The translations under genes and the position numbers were made by a program. DNA of 64,000 bases from a bacterium (GTDB lineage: Bacteria; AUK180). Numbering within the stretch: the first letter of the stretch is position 1; every line of letters begins with the position of its first letter. The stretch lies in contig JAGLGN010000006.1 of the NCBI GenBank assembly GCA_023144005.1, forward strand, positions 148,440 through 212,439. The letters run 5' to 3'. Shown here piece by piece: positions 1-10,466 of the stretch. A model generated the notes under the pieces. That model saw only the letters and a list, made by a program, of their open reading frames with translations, had not been told where the DNA came from and did not search any database.

Positions 1-602
1 ATATATATGATCTCGGCGCTTTCCACCGCGATATCTTTTTGTTTTATGGCATCCGCCACTACGAACAGGTCCTTATAATCACAGGTTATATAATATCCGT
101 CGTCCTCTGTTTTCAGGTCCTCGCCGCCGGCTTCGATGATGATATCCATAACGGTATCCTCGTCGGAGCTTTCCTTTTTTACAAAGACCTGGCCCTTCTT
201 GTCAAAGTTCCATGCGACACAGCCATCTTCACCCAGATTTCCGCCGTACTTGGAGAGGATATGCCGGATCTCGGAAGTTGTTCTGTTCTTATTGTCTGTG
301 ATAGTCATCATCATAAGCGCAATGCCTTTCGGGGCATAACCCTCATATAAATACTCTTCATAGACAACTCCGGGAAGCTCGCCCGTTCCTTTTTTTAATG
401 CCTTTTCTACATTGTCCTTTGGCATATTCGCGGCCTTCGCCTTATCAATGGCTGTCCTAAGGGCGGGATTTGAATCTGGATCGCCTCCACCTTTCGCCGC
501 AAGTGTAATTTCTTTCGCGATCTTTGTAAATATTTGCCCTCTTTTGGCATCTGCGGCACCCTTCTTACGTTTTATGGTGCTCCATTTATTGTGGCCTGAC
601 AT
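1..602 (-). CDS. yebC: YebC/PmpR-family transcriptional regulator, 5' part (C-terminus lies beyond the window start)
   Basis: Reverse translation from the ATG at 602 gives MSGHNKWSTIKRKKGAADAKRGQIFTKIAKEITLAAKGGGDPDSNPALRTAIDKAKAANMP..., the YebC signature. GGAGG lies 5 nt upstream of the ATG. The ORF track missed it because it runs off the edge. Confidence 0.85.
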   Translation of the reverse strand, partial: MSGHNKWSTIKRKKGAADAKRGQIFTKIAKEITLAAKGGGDPDSNPALRTAIDKAKAANMPKDNVEKALKKGTGELPGVVYEEYLYEGYAPKGIALMMMTITDNKNRTTSEIRHILSKYGGNLGEDGCVAWNFDKKGQVFVKKESSDEDTVMDIIIEAGGEDLKTEDDGYYITCDYKDLFVVADAIKQKDIAVESAEIIY

Positions 603-723
603 AGCTCCTCCAATTTCATTAAATAACTGTGTATAGTGGTCATTTTAGCAAAAAATAGAGGTTTTTTCAACCTTTACTTTACATTGGAATTTTGCTAAAA
701 TCCGTTAAGATAAAGGAGTTCAT

Positions 724-2367
724 ATGAAGAAGATCGTTGAATGCGTTCCCAATTTTTCAGAGGGAAGGGACCTGGCGAAGATCGAGGAGATCAGAAAAGC
801 CATACTTTCGGTAAAGGGCGTGACCCTGCTTGATGTGGATCCGGGAAATGCCACCAACAGAACTGTGGTTACAATCGTCGGCGAACCCGATGCGGTTGGC
901 GAAGCCGCCTTCCGTTCTATAAAGAAAGCGGCGGAGATCATTGATATGAGCGGACACAAGGGCGAACATCCGCGTATGGGCGCTACCGATGTATGTCCTT
1001 TTGTTCCGGTGGCGAATATGTCAATGGAAGAAGCGGTAGAGCTTAGTAAAACGGTGGCAAAAAGAGTGGGAGAGGAATTGAATATCCCCGTATTTTTATA
1101 TGAATATTCCGCATCCAACGAGAAACGCAAATCGCTCGCATATATCCGCGAGGGTGAATACGAAAAGATGGCGGAAAAGATAATCACAGAAGAATTCAAA
1201 CCCGATTTCGGGCCTCAGGACTTCAATGTGACCGCCGGCTGCACCGCCATCGGCGCGAGAGAGTTCCTGATAGCATATAATCTCAATCTCAATACCACAG
1301 ATGTCAAGCTTGCCAATAAGATCGCGAAAAGGATCAGAGAGAAGGGATGGAAAGAGAAGCAGACCGACGGCTCCAGGAAGCAGGTTCCCGGCCTATTAAA
1401 ATCGGTGCGAGCTGTGGGATGGTTTATAGAAGAATACGGTGTTGCGCAGATATCCGTTAATCTGATCAATTATAAAGTAACTCCTCTTTGGAAGCTTTTT
1501 GAGGCGGCGGAAGAGGTTGGAAGGCAATTCGGCATTCGTATAACAGGAAGTGAATTGGTGGGCTTGATCCCGCTTCAGGCATTGAGGGAGACCGGAGAAC
1601 ATTTTCTTCAGAAAACAGCGAACTCCACCGCGATACCGGAAAGGGATATTTTGAAGATCGGCGTTCTGTCGATGGGCCTCTCAGAACTCTACCCTTTCAA
1701 ACTTGAAGAAAAGGTCATTGAATATAAGATAGCTGAGGAGGGCATACTCTCTTCCATGAGAGTAGATGCTTTCTGTGATGAACTTTCTTCAAACTCCCCC
1801 GCTCCCGGCGGTGGTTCGGTTGCCGCTCTTTCCGGTGCTTTGGCAGCATCTCTGCTTTCAATGGTAGCAAATCTTACCCATGGGAAAAAGAAATACAAAG
1901 ATGCATGGGAAGAGATAGAAAAAGCCGGCAGAAAGGCACAGGATATTAAAAGCAGACTCGTCAGCATAGTCGATTCCGATACGGTCCTCTTCAATGAATT
2001 CATGGCAGTCAGAGGGATGCCGAAATCTACTGAAGAACAGAAAGAACTGCGAAAAAAGGCATTAGAGCAGGCATCTTTGAATATCACACTTTCTCCCTTG
2101 GAATTACTCCGAGTCATGAAAGAGCTGATCTTCCCCCTGAGAATGATCGCGGAAAAAGGCAATGTAAATTCCATTTCCGATGCGGGAGTAGCCGCGTCAA
2201 TGCTTAGAGCCGGGGCGGAAAGCGCCCTGCTGAATGTCCTGATAAATCTGCCTTCGCTCAGCGACAGCGCTAGAGCGGATGAAATTAAAATTGAGGCCGA
2301 TGCGCTTTATGCTGAACTCTTGAAGGGTTCGCAGGAAATATTCGAGCAGGTGAAGAACGATCTGTAA
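724..2367 (+). CDS. Bifunctional glutamate formiminotransferase / formimidoyl-tetrahydrofolate cyclodeaminase (FTCD-like)
   Basis: 547 aa. The N-terminus has VECVPNFSEGRD, typical of the formiminotransferase domain. The C-terminus is a cyclodeaminase-like helical domain. AAGGAG RBS is present. Confidence 0.8.
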   Translation: MKKIVECVPNFSEGRDLAKIEEIRKAILSVKGVTLLDVDPGNATNRTVVTIVGEPDAVGEAAFRSIKKAAEIIDMSGHKGEHPRMGATDVCPFVPVANMSMEEAVELSKTVAKRVGEELNIPVFLYEYSASNEKRKSLAYIREGEYEKMAEKIITEEFKPDFGPQDFNVTAGCTAIGAREFLIAYNLNLNTTDVKLANKIAKRIREKGWKEKQTDGSRKQVPGLLKSVRAVGWFIEEYGVAQISVNLINYKVTPLWKLFEAAEEVGRQFGIRITGSELVGLIPLQALRETGEHFLQKTANSTAIPERDILKIGVLSMGLSELYPFKLEEKVIEYKIAEEGILSSMRVDAFCDELSSNSPAPGGGSVAALSGALAASLLSMVANLTHGKKKYKDAWEEIEKAGRKAQDIKSRLVSIVDSDTVLFNEFMAVRGMPKSTEEQKELRKKALEQASLNITLSPLELLRVMKELIFPLRMIAEKGNVNSISDAGVAASMLRAGAESALLNVLINLPSLSDSARADEIKIEADALYAELLKGSQEIFEQVKNDL

Positions 2368-2537
2368 TCCAAATCCAATTGCAAAAACATCGAGAGCGGT
2401 GCGCTTGCTGTCTGCGGCCACTCTCATTTTCCTCTCGAACTGCGCTCATCTTCATAAAGGTACATTTAATATCCTTGGCTTTTGCTATTCCCAGTGAAAT
2501 TTGTTAGAATATAAAAACATTATAATTAGGAGAGCTT

Positions 2538-4328
2538 ATGTCGAAGGAAATGATGTCAGGAAACGAGGCCATTGCCCGAGCGGCTTACGAAGCCGGAGTT
2601 AAGGTTGCAGCAGCATATCCAGGCACGCCATCGAGCGAAATAATGGAAAATGTTGCTAAGTATGACGAGATCTTTTCCCAATGGGGGCCCAATGAAAAGG
2701 TCGCCTTCGAAGTCGCCTTAGGAGCTGCTTTTGCCGGAAAACGAGCCATCTGCGCAATGAAACATGTCGGGCTCAATGTTGCGGCAGACCCTTTCTTTAC
2801 CGCTTCATACTCAGGGGTCGAAGCCGGATTTGTGATCGTTTCGGCCGATGAGCCGGGGATGCATTCTTCACAGAACGAACAAGATAACAGGAATTACGCC
2901 AAATTTGCTAAGATCCCCATGCTCGAACCCTCCGACTCACAGGAGGCGAAGGACTTCACAAAACTTGCTTTCGATATTTCCGAAAAATTCGACACCCCCG
3001 TCCTGATGAGGGTCACGACCAGGATCTGCCATTCCAAGAGCATGGTGGAACTGAAAGAGCGGAAAGAGACGGGACTTAATGAATTCCCCAAGAAAAATAC
3101 AAGGAAGTATGTCGTAATCCCGGCACATGCCAGGATAAAGAGGGTCATGGTCGAGCAAAGGCTGAAAGACTTGGCGGAATATGCCGAAAACACCGACATC
3201 AACAGGATAGAAGAAGGAACCCGAGATCTTGCATTTATTACCTCCGGGTTCTCTCACAATTATGTTAAAGAAGTTTATCCGGACGCGCATTTTCTGAAAT
3301 TGGGCTTCACCTATCCGCTTCCTATGAAAATGATCCGGAAATTCGTGGATCAGCACAAGAAGGTGATCGTGGTGGAAGAATTGGACCCCTTCATGGAAGA
3401 TCAGATAAAAGTAGCGGGGATCAATGTTCATGGAATGGATATAATCACGAATATCGGGGAACTTAACTCTGATATTATACGCAACTCAATAGAGAATACG
3501 AAGGACGAGGTCAACGATATCGGGGTCAGCATACCCGTAAGGCCGCCCGCACTTTGCCCCGGCTGCCCTCATAGAGGCGTTTTCACGATCCTGAGAGAAC
3601 AGAGCGTACGCGTTATGGGAGACATAGGATGTTATACACTGGGAGTGCTGCCGCCGCTTGACAATCTTGATTGGTGCGTATGTATGGGAGCCGGCGTATC
3701 TATGGTGCAGGGACTTGAAAAAGCATGGGATGATGAACATGCCGATAAGATCGTAGGCATGGTCGGAGATTCCACATTCTTTCATTCCGGCATAACGGGC
3801 CTGGTAGATATTGTGTATAATCATGGTATCGGAACTATTTTCGTCCTGGACAATTCAACGACCGCTATGACAGGAACGCAGGAGAATCCCGCAACGGGAA
3901 AGGATATAAAAGGAAAGCCCGCCACGCGTGTAGATATCAGGAAGATATGCGAAGCAGTGGGGATCAAGGAGATCTACGATGTGGACCCACAGGACCTTGA
4001 TGCCTTGGGCGAAGTAGTGGCTAAGGCCTTGGCTTCAAAAAACCCTACGGTAATAATAACACACAGGGAATGTATTTTACTGCCGCTCCGAGCTAAAGTT
4101 AAATTTACGCCACTGAAGATAGATACGGAAAAGTGTATCGGCTGCAAGAGCTGTGTCTCGGTCGGATGCCCCGCGTTGGCTTATGATAAGAAGTTAAGAA
4201 AAACAAGGGTTCTCCCCGAACTCTGTGTCGGATGTGAAGTATGCTCAAGAATGTGCCCTAAAAGCGCCTTTACCAAGAACGGAGAACCTCTGGTCTATGA
4301 AAAACGGCATAAGATAAGGGGGAAATAA
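2538..4328 (+). CDS. iorA: Indolepyruvate:ferredoxin oxidoreductase alpha subunit
   Basis: 596 aa with a TPP-enzyme N-terminus (GNEAIARAAYEAGV...AYPGTPSSEI) and two C-terminal CxxCxxCxxxCP ferredoxin motifs. AGGAGAG RBS. Confidence 0.9.
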   Translation: MSKEMMSGNEAIARAAYEAGVKVAAAYPGTPSSEIMENVAKYDEIFSQWGPNEKVAFEVALGAAFAGKRAICAMKHVGLNVAADPFFTASYSGVEAGFVIVSADEPGMHSSQNEQDNRNYAKFAKIPMLEPSDSQEAKDFTKLAFDISEKFDTPVLMRVTTRICHSKSMVELKERKETGLNEFPKKNTRKYVVIPAHARIKRVMVEQRLKDLAEYAENTDINRIEEGTRDLAFITSGFSHNYVKEVYPDAHFLKLGFTYPLPMKMIRKFVDQHKKVIVVEELDPFMEDQIKVAGINVHGMDIITNIGELNSDIIRNSIENTKDEVNDIGVSIPVRPPALCPGCPHRGVFTILREQSVRVMGDIGCYTLGVLPPLDNLDWCVCMGAGVSMVQGLEKAWDDEHADKIVGMVGDSTFFHSGITGLVDIVYNHGIGTIFVLDNSTTAMTGTQENPATGKDIKGKPATRVDIRKICEAVGIKEIYDVDPQDLDALGEVVAKALASKNPTVIITHRECILLPLRAKVKFTPLKIDTEKCIGCKSCVSVGCPALAYDKKLRKTRVLPELCVGCEVCSRMCPKSAFTKNGEPLVYEKRHKIRGK

Positions 4329-4909
4329 TGGAAAATCTGAATATATTAATAGTTGGTGTTGGCGGACAGGGCGTGATCCTTGCTTCGGAAGTCCTTACTC
4401 TGGTTGGGATAAAAGCCGGATTTGATGTTAAAAAGAGCGAGATCCACGGCATGTCTCAGCGCGGTGGAAGTGTTTCCTCGGACATCAGATTCAACAAGGT
4501 CAAGGTGCATTCTCCTGTTATCGCCAGAAAAAGCGCTGACTTTCTTGTGGGATTTGAAAAACTCGAGGCACTGAGAGCCATCGATATGGTCGCTGACGAC
4601 GGTATAATAATATCATCCAATTACCGCCTGGATCCGATGACCGTCTCCGCCGGCAGTATGATATATCCCGACGATGTTGAGGGTATTGTCAAAGAGAACC
4701 ATGAGAAGACATATTTCTTTGATCACGTTGAGACCATTGAGAAGATAAAGAATCCAAGAGCGGTAAATATCTATATACTCGGCGCATTGGCTTCATTTAT
4801 TGATATTGATAAAGAGATCTGGATCGAAGTGATAAAGAGCCGCGTACCTCCCAAAACGGTTGAATTGAATCTCAATGCTTTTGAAGAAGGGTTGAAGATT
4901 GGCGGTTAA
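4328..4909 (+). CDS. iorB: Indolepyruvate:ferredoxin oxidoreductase beta subunit
   Basis: 193 aa with ILIVGVGGQGVILASEVL. Its ATG overlaps the iorA stop (ATAATG). Confidence 0.85.
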   Translation: MENLNILIVGVGGQGVILASEVLTLVGIKAGFDVKKSEIHGMSQRGGSVSSDIRFNKVKVHSPVIARKSADFLVGFEKLEALRAIDMVADDGIIISSNYRLDPMTVSAGSMIYPDDVEGIVKENHEKTYFFDHVETIEKIKNPRAVNIYILGALASFIDIDKEIWIEVIKSRVPPKTVELNLNAFEEGLKIGG

Positions 4910-6923
4910 CAACCTCGTATTCTCCATATTGACCGAAGATATCCCCTTTGACGAGATACTGAGAACAAGAAATGTTTTCAGAAATATGATAGAGAAGCTT
5001 TTCTCCGACAATTCCATTGAAAAATCGGATCTGAAATTCTTTGCCACCCGAAACAGATCCGGCTTCATCGCCATGGACATGGAAGAGAAGCAGCCGGATT
5101 ACCGCGAGGAAGTCTGGGGGCCGCCCAAAGCGATATGCTTCGACGGCGCCGAAGAACCCACAAAGGCATTATCCGGATTCTGTAAAAAAGCGGGCATCGA
5201 GATCGGCGAAGCGGAATTTCATGATAAAGGGGGCAAGCCCTACGCTTTTTTCAATAAAAGCATCAAAGGAGAACGGTCCGTAGACATTCTTTCAAGACAT
5301 CTTCCTGAGCTGATCAGCCGACTGCCTTACAAAAAAAAGATGAATTTCGACGGGAAACAAAATTATATCCGTCCGATAAGAAGGGTGCTGTATCTCCTTG
5401 GGGACAAGGTGATCCCCTTGAAGATATTTGATGTATGCAGTTCAAATACCACATTAACAGCCCACTTCTCCCGCGAGATCAAGATAGATAAGGCCGGGGA
5501 CTTTATCGGGCAAATGGAAGGTAACGGTGTTCTGATCGAGCTTCATAAGAGAAAGGACCTGATCCGCAAGCAATTAGCAGCTCTTTCAGGTAATGGAATG
5601 AATATCGAGCTGGAAGATGATAAATTAACATATCTGGCGTTCCTGAACGAGAACCCCAGAGTCCTGGCAGGCAGTTTTCCCGAAAATTTTCTTGACCTTC
5701 CCGCAGAGATCATTGACCAAACCCTTTGGAAGCATCAGAAATGCGTCACTCTTACTAAAGATAATAAGGTGACGAATTCCTATATCACCGTGGTTGAAGA
5801 AGGCTGCGATCTGGAAAAAGTAGAGGCCAATTATTCTGATGTTATGCTATCGCGTTTATATGATGCGCGTTTCTTCTTTAATAATGACCTGAAACATAAG
5901 CCCGATCAAATGCAGAAAAAGCTGGAGCATGTTGTGTATTTCAATGATTGGGGAACCCTCGCGAGGGCCTCTGAATACCTCGTAATAATCGGAGAGTATC
6001 TTGCCCGGAAATTGGACCTTGACCCAAAGATCACCAGAGATGCGGCGCATTATTCAAAAATAGACCTTGTCTCCGAAATAATTTCCGAAAAAACATACAC
6101 CGACCTTCAGGGAATAATGGCAGGATACTATCTCAAGGAAGCGGGATTCGCCAAAGGGATCAGCGCGGCAGTTTCACAGCAATACCTCCCGGCGGGAGAG
6201 AATTCAGCATTACCCGAGACCATCGAAGGAGCGATCCTGTCTTTATCCAATAAGATATTACTGATGGCGGTATCGCATTTTTTGAATCTTCCCGTTACCG
6301 GTTCAAAGGATATATACGGCGTCCGCAGGGCGGCATTGGGATTTTATAAGGTCCTTTCTGAATTCAATATCCATATTGATATAAGCGCTCTTTTGAACCG
6401 CATTGACTTTCTGAATGAAATGCAGAAGAAACAGGTTTATAGCTTTATCGTTGAAAGGATACGGGCATTTGAAAGTGAGGTACACGGTATAAGCCGAGAG
6501 ATAATCGACGCTGCCGCATATTCCCCGGAACCCGATCTTCTCATGCTTAAGAAGAAGATATATTCATTAGAGAAATTCTCCAGGAATCCTGCATTTAGCG
6601 ACACTAAAACTACCCTGAAAAGAGTATTGAACATACTAGAAAAGGGCAGGGCCTTTGAGTTCCAGGAAGATTTTCTGATAGAAGATGCGGAGAAGCAGCT
6701 CTTTGACGAATTCCTTTTATTCAAAGAAAAGGTGGAGGGCGCCGGCGCGGACTTTGACCGGATCTGGAGCGCTATTTTGGACCTTAAGCCCGAGATCGAC
6801 CATTTCTTTGACAAAGTAATGGTCAATGTTGAAGATGAAAAGATAAAAAATAATAGAAAGGGCCTTTTGGCCTTGATCGGCGATATGCTTTTGAAGATCG
6901 CCAACTTTAAAATAATTAGCTAG
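4899..6923 (+). CDS. glyS: Glycyl-tRNA synthetase beta subunit
   Basis: 674 aa, alignable to E. coli GlyS (LLGDKVIP, the C-terminal FFDKVMV block). TTG start overlapping the iorB end. No glyQ is adjacent. Confidence 0.85.
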   Translation: MAVNNLVFSILTEDIPFDEILRTRNVFRNMIEKLFSDNSIEKSDLKFFATRNRSGFIAMDMEEKQPDYREEVWGPPKAICFDGAEEPTKALSGFCKKAGIEIGEAEFHDKGGKPYAFFNKSIKGERSVDILSRHLPELISRLPYKKKMNFDGKQNYIRPIRRVLYLLGDKVIPLKIFDVCSSNTTLTAHFSREIKIDKAGDFIGQMEGNGVLIELHKRKDLIRKQLAALSGNGMNIELEDDKLTYLAFLNENPRVLAGSFPENFLDLPAEIIDQTLWKHQKCVTLTKDNKVTNSYITVVEEGCDLEKVEANYSDVMLSRLYDARFFFNNDLKHKPDQMQKKLEHVVYFNDWGTLARASEYLVIIGEYLARKLDLDPKITRDAAHYSKIDLVSEIISEKTYTDLQGIMAGYYLKEAGFAKGISAAVSQQYLPAGENSALPETIEGAILSLSNKILLMAVSHFLNLPVTGSKDIYGVRRAALGFYKVLSEFNIHIDISALLNRIDFLNEMQKKQVYSFIVERIRAFESEVHGISREIIDAAAYSPEPDLLMLKKKIYSLEKFSRNPAFSDTKTTLKRVLNILEKGRAFEFQEDFLIEDAEKQLFDEFLLFKEKVEGAGADFDRIWSAILDLKPEIDHFFDKVMVNVEDEKIKNNRKGLLALIGDMLLKIANFKIIS

Positions 6924-6933
6924 GAGGATATGA

Positions 6934-9636
6934 ATGGCTGAAAAAATGGTTTATTTTTATGGCGGAGGTGGAGCGGAAGGCAATACCTCTATGAGGAATT
7001 TGCTCGGAGGAAAGGGCGCAAATCTTCATGAAATGGCAAAGATCGGAGTTCCGGTTCCCCCCGGATTTACCATAACTACTGAAGTATGTGTTCATTACGC
7101 CAATTCTGGAAATTACCCGGAAGGCGTGAAAAAAGAAGTGGATGAGCATCTTGAGAAAATGGGAAAGGTACTCGGAAAAACTTTCGGTGACAATGACAAT
7201 CCGCTTTTAGTATCGGTCAGATCCGGCGCGAGAGTATCGATGCCCGGAATGATGGATACCGTTCTAAACTTAGGACTGAACGAGAACGCTCTCGCCGGAA
7301 TAATCAAAAGGACCGGAAATGAGAGATTCGCTTATGACTCATACAGACGATTCATTCAGATGTACGGCGATGTCGTCCTGGAAGTCGATCTTCATCATTT
7401 TGAAACAAAGCTCAGCCAGGTCAAGAAAGAATACGGCGTGAAGCTCGATACGGAACTCAGCGTCGAAGGACTGAAGAAAGTTATTGAAGAATACAAGAAA
7501 ACGGTCAAAGAACACGGCAAAGAATTCCCTGAAGACCCGAAAGAACAGCTTTGGGGCGCGATCTCCGCTGTTTTCGGTTCATGGAACAATCAAAGAGCCA
7601 TCGATTACAGAAAGATCAATTCAATTCCCGATAATTGGGGAACCGCGGTAAATATCTGCTCCATGGTCTATGGAAATATGGGAAATGATTCCGCAACCGG
7701 AGTTGCCTTCACAAGAGACCCCTCGACCGGGGAAAAGAAATTCTTCGGGGAATTCCTCATCAATGCACAAGGCGAAGATGTCGTCGCAGGCACCAGAACT
7801 CCTCAGCATGTCACAAAGAAGGACGCTGACGAGTGGGGAGCGGAGAACGGGATCGATGAAAAGGAAAGATCGGAGAAATTCCCTTCACTGGAAGAGTTCA
7901 TGCCTGAGAATTATAAGGAATTAGTTGAAATTTATCAAAATCTGGAAGAGCATTACAAGGATATGCAGGATCTGGAGTTCACCATTGAAAAAGGAAAGCT
8001 CTATCTTCTGCAGACAAGAACAGGAAAAAGAACAGGAAAGGCAGCCATCAGGATAGCCGTTGAAATGGTCAAAGAAGGCCTGATCGACAAGAAGACCGCC
8101 GTCCTCAGGGTTGATCCGGCTCAGCTTGATCAATTGCTGCACCCCATGCTGGACCCCGAAGCTATCAAGGCAAATAAGCCCGTCGCAAAGGGACTTCCCG
8201 CTTCACCGGGCGCAGTAAGCGGACAAATCGTCTTCACCGCATTGGAAGCCGATCAATGGGTCGAAAATGGGAAGAAAGTCATCTTGGTTAGACAGGAAAC
8301 CTCACCCGATGATATAAAAGGAATGCAGGTCTCCGAGGGAATCCTTACAGCAACAGGTGGAATGACCTCACATGCCGCGGTTGTCGGCAGAGGTATGGGT
8401 AAATGCTGTGTGGTCGGATGCGGTGATATATCCATTGATTACGGTAAAAAAGAAGTAGCGATCGAAAAGGCCGGACTGACTTTTAAGGAAGGGGATGTCA
8501 TCACCTTAGACGGAACCACCGGCAGAATTTATAAAGGTACTCTCGCAACGATCGATCCGGAATTTACAGACGAGTTCACAGAATTCATGACATGGGTCGA
8601 TGAGTTCAGAACAATGGGGGTGAAAACAAACGCGGACACTCCGGAAGATGCTCGGAGAGCAAGGGACTTTGGCGCTGAAGGTATCGGCCTTTGCAGAACC
8701 GAACACATGTTCTTCGGCGGAGACAGGATCAAAGCTATGAGAGAAATGATCTTAGCGGAAAATCTTGAGGACAGGGAAGAAGCATTGGCTAAACTCCTGC
8801 CTATTCAGGAAGAGGATTTCTACGGTATCATGAAAGTAATGAAAGACCTTCCCGTTATCGTCCGCCTTCTCGATCCACCATTGCATGAGTTCCTTCCCCA
8901 TGAAGAAAAAGATCAGAAGATCATGGCGGAAGAAATGGATGTTTCTGTCGAGAAGATCAAACATCTTGTCGAGGGACTGCATGAATTCAATCCGATGCTT
9001 GGCTTCCGCGGATGCCGTCTCGGCGTTACCTATCCCGAGATCAATAAGATGCAGGTCACCGCGATTTTGAGAGCAGCGGCACGCCTTCACAAAGAAGGGA
9101 TCAATGCAATTCCCGAGATCATGGTACCGCTTATCTGTGATGTCAATGAATTCATACCTGTTAAGAAAATGGCACATAAGATCGCGAAAGAGGTCTTTGA
9201 GGAATTCGGAGTGACCTTTAAGTATATGGTCGGAACGATGATCGAAATACCAAGAGCCGCATTACTTGCCGGCGGTGTCGCCAAAGAAGCGGAGTTCTTC
9301 TCCTTCGGCACGAATGACCTTACACAGATGACCTTCGGGCTTTCCAGAGACGATGCGGGAAAATTCCTGCCTCTCTATGTGGACAAGAAGGTATTGGCAT
9401 CCGATCCTTTCCAGCAGTTGGATCAAACCGGCGTGGGAATGCTCGTTGAAATGGCAACAAAGAACGGTAAAAAAGCAAATGACAAACTTGAGGTAGGGAT
9501 CTGCGGAGAGCACGGTGGAGAGCCGACTTCCGTTGAGTTCTGCTATAGAACGGGACTTGATTATGTTTCCTGTTCACCTTTCAGGATCCCGATAGCCCGT
9601 CTGGCAGCGGCACAGGCAGCGCTCAAGGATAAATAA
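6934..9636 (+). CDS. ppdK: Pyruvate, phosphate dikinase
   Basis: 900 aa with the MxxKxVYFYGGG start, the catalytic His region (GGMTSHAAVVGRGMGKCCVVG) and a PEP-utilizing C-terminal TIM domain. Confidence 0.95.
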   Translation: MAEKMVYFYGGGGAEGNTSMRNLLGGKGANLHEMAKIGVPVPPGFTITTEVCVHYANSGNYPEGVKKEVDEHLEKMGKVLGKTFGDNDNPLLVSVRSGARVSMPGMMDTVLNLGLNENALAGIIKRTGNERFAYDSYRRFIQMYGDVVLEVDLHHFETKLSQVKKEYGVKLDTELSVEGLKKVIEEYKKTVKEHGKEFPEDPKEQLWGAISAVFGSWNNQRAIDYRKINSIPDNWGTAVNICSMVYGNMGNDSATGVAFTRDPSTGEKKFFGEFLINAQGEDVVAGTRTPQHVTKKDADEWGAENGIDEKERSEKFPSLEEFMPENYKELVEIYQNLEEHYKDMQDLEFTIEKGKLYLLQTRTGKRTGKAAIRIAVEMVKEGLIDKKTAVLRVDPAQLDQLLHPMLDPEAIKANKPVAKGLPASPGAVSGQIVFTALEADQWVENGKKVILVRQETSPDDIKGMQVSEGILTATGGMTSHAAVVGRGMGKCCVVGCGDISIDYGKKEVAIEKAGLTFKEGDVITLDGTTGRIYKGTLATIDPEFTDEFTEFMTWVDEFRTMGVKTNADTPEDARRARDFGAEGIGLCRTEHMFFGGDRIKAMREMILAENLEDREEALAKLLPIQEEDFYGIMKVMKDLPVIVRLLDPPLHEFLPHEEKDQKIMAEEMDVSVEKIKHLVEGLHEFNPMLGFRGCRLGVTYPEINKMQVTAILRAAARLHKEGINAIPEIMVPLICDVNEFIPVKKMAHKIAKEVFEEFGVTFKYMVGTMIEIPRAALLAGGVAKEAEFFSFGTNDLTQMTFGLSRDDAGKFLPLYVDKKVLASDPFQQLDQTGVGMLVEMATKNGKKANDKLEVGICGEHGGEPTSVEFCYRTGLDYVSCSPFRIPIARLAAAQAALKDK

Positions 9637-9646
9637 TCTCATATCG

Positions 9647-9669
9647 GGGAGGGGCGGAAAGTCCCTCCC
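9647..9669 (+). terminator. Putative intrinsic terminator after ppdK
   Basis: GGGAGGG-9 nt loop-CCCTCCC hairpin 10 nt after the stop, followed by a U-rich tail (tgtatcattgttt). Confidence 0.4.
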
Positions 9670-9722
9670 TGTATCATTGTTTCATGACCATTGGAAAATA
9701 ATAGAAGACAAAGAGGGGTTTT

Positions 9723-10400
9723 ATGGAATTTACAGGAGTCGTTTTCGATTTTTATGACACGCTATGCAGGGTTGACGAAAAGATATTCGTCTCCGGCAGA
9801 AGACAGGTCGCCGAAGCAGTAAATATACCATTTGAAACCTTTTATACTGCGTGGAAAAAGTTCGGAAGAAAGAATATCACCGGCGAATTGCTAACTACTC
9901 AGGATCGTATGGCTGCCGTTTTAAAATCACTTGAAGTAGAGGCAGATGAAAATTCGATTTCCGAATACACCGCGATCTGCGACAATGCCTTTTTAAGGGC
10001 AGCAGAGCCGTACCCTGAAACATTTGAGACAATAAGCTCTCTGAAAGAGAAGGGCATCCCTCTGCATATACTCTCCAATGCTTCGCAGAACGCGCAATTG
10101 ATCGCGCGGAAACTTGAGCCTTTATTGAAGCAATTTGACTCCGTGTATTTCTCCTATGCCCACGGACTGGCGAAACCGGACATAGGATTTTATAAATTAC
10201 TGATCAGGGAACAGAATATTGATCCCCGGAAGTTTCTTTATTGCGGTGACGGAAATGACCGCGAACTTGATATCGCCACATCGCTTGGATTTACTTCGGT
10301 CAAGGTCGACCATGAGGTGATGGCATCATACCGATTCGGAGAATCCACAGATTTTGAACATACGATACCTGATCTGAGAGGAATACTAGAATTTTTCTGA
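9723..10400 (+). CDS. HAD-superfamily hydrolase (subfamily IA-like)
   Basis: 225 aa with motif I FDFYDTL and C-terminal GDGNDRELD. Confidence 0.7.
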   Translation: MEFTGVVFDFYDTLCRVDEKIFVSGRRQVAEAVNIPFETFYTAWKKFGRKNITGELLTTQDRMAAVLKSLEVEADENSISEYTAICDNAFLRAAEPYPETFETISSLKEKGIPLHILSNASQNAQLIARKLEPLLKQFDSVYFSYAHGLAKPDIGFYKLLIREQNIDPRKFLYCGDGNDRELDIATSLGFTSVKVDHEVMASYRFGESTDFEHTIPDLRGILEFF

Positions 10401-10412
10401 ACAGTAAGAATC

Positions 10413-10466
10413 GGTGATAGGATGATAAGTTGATAGGGTTGTAGGTGGAGAGTAGGATAAGAGAAA
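10413..10466 (+). repeat. C-free tandem degenerate 9-mer array (TGATAGGNN-like), copy 1
   Basis: 54 nt with no C on the + strand: GGTGATAGG ATGATAAGT TGATAGGGT TGTAGGTGG AGAGTAGGA TAAGAGAAA. About 80% identical to the array at 30917-30962. Confidence 0.5.

Noticed and set aside
39-636. Plus-strand ORFs 39-350, 136-339 and 412-636 from the track
   Set aside because: They are antisense to a well-supported yebC gene running 602 to 1 on the minus strand. They have no RBS or homology.
720-2427. Minus-strand ORFs inside the FTCD gene (720-1199, 1689-2174, 2197-2427 and others)
   Set aside because: Shadow ORFs antisense to a conserved, RBS-preceded 547-aa gene.
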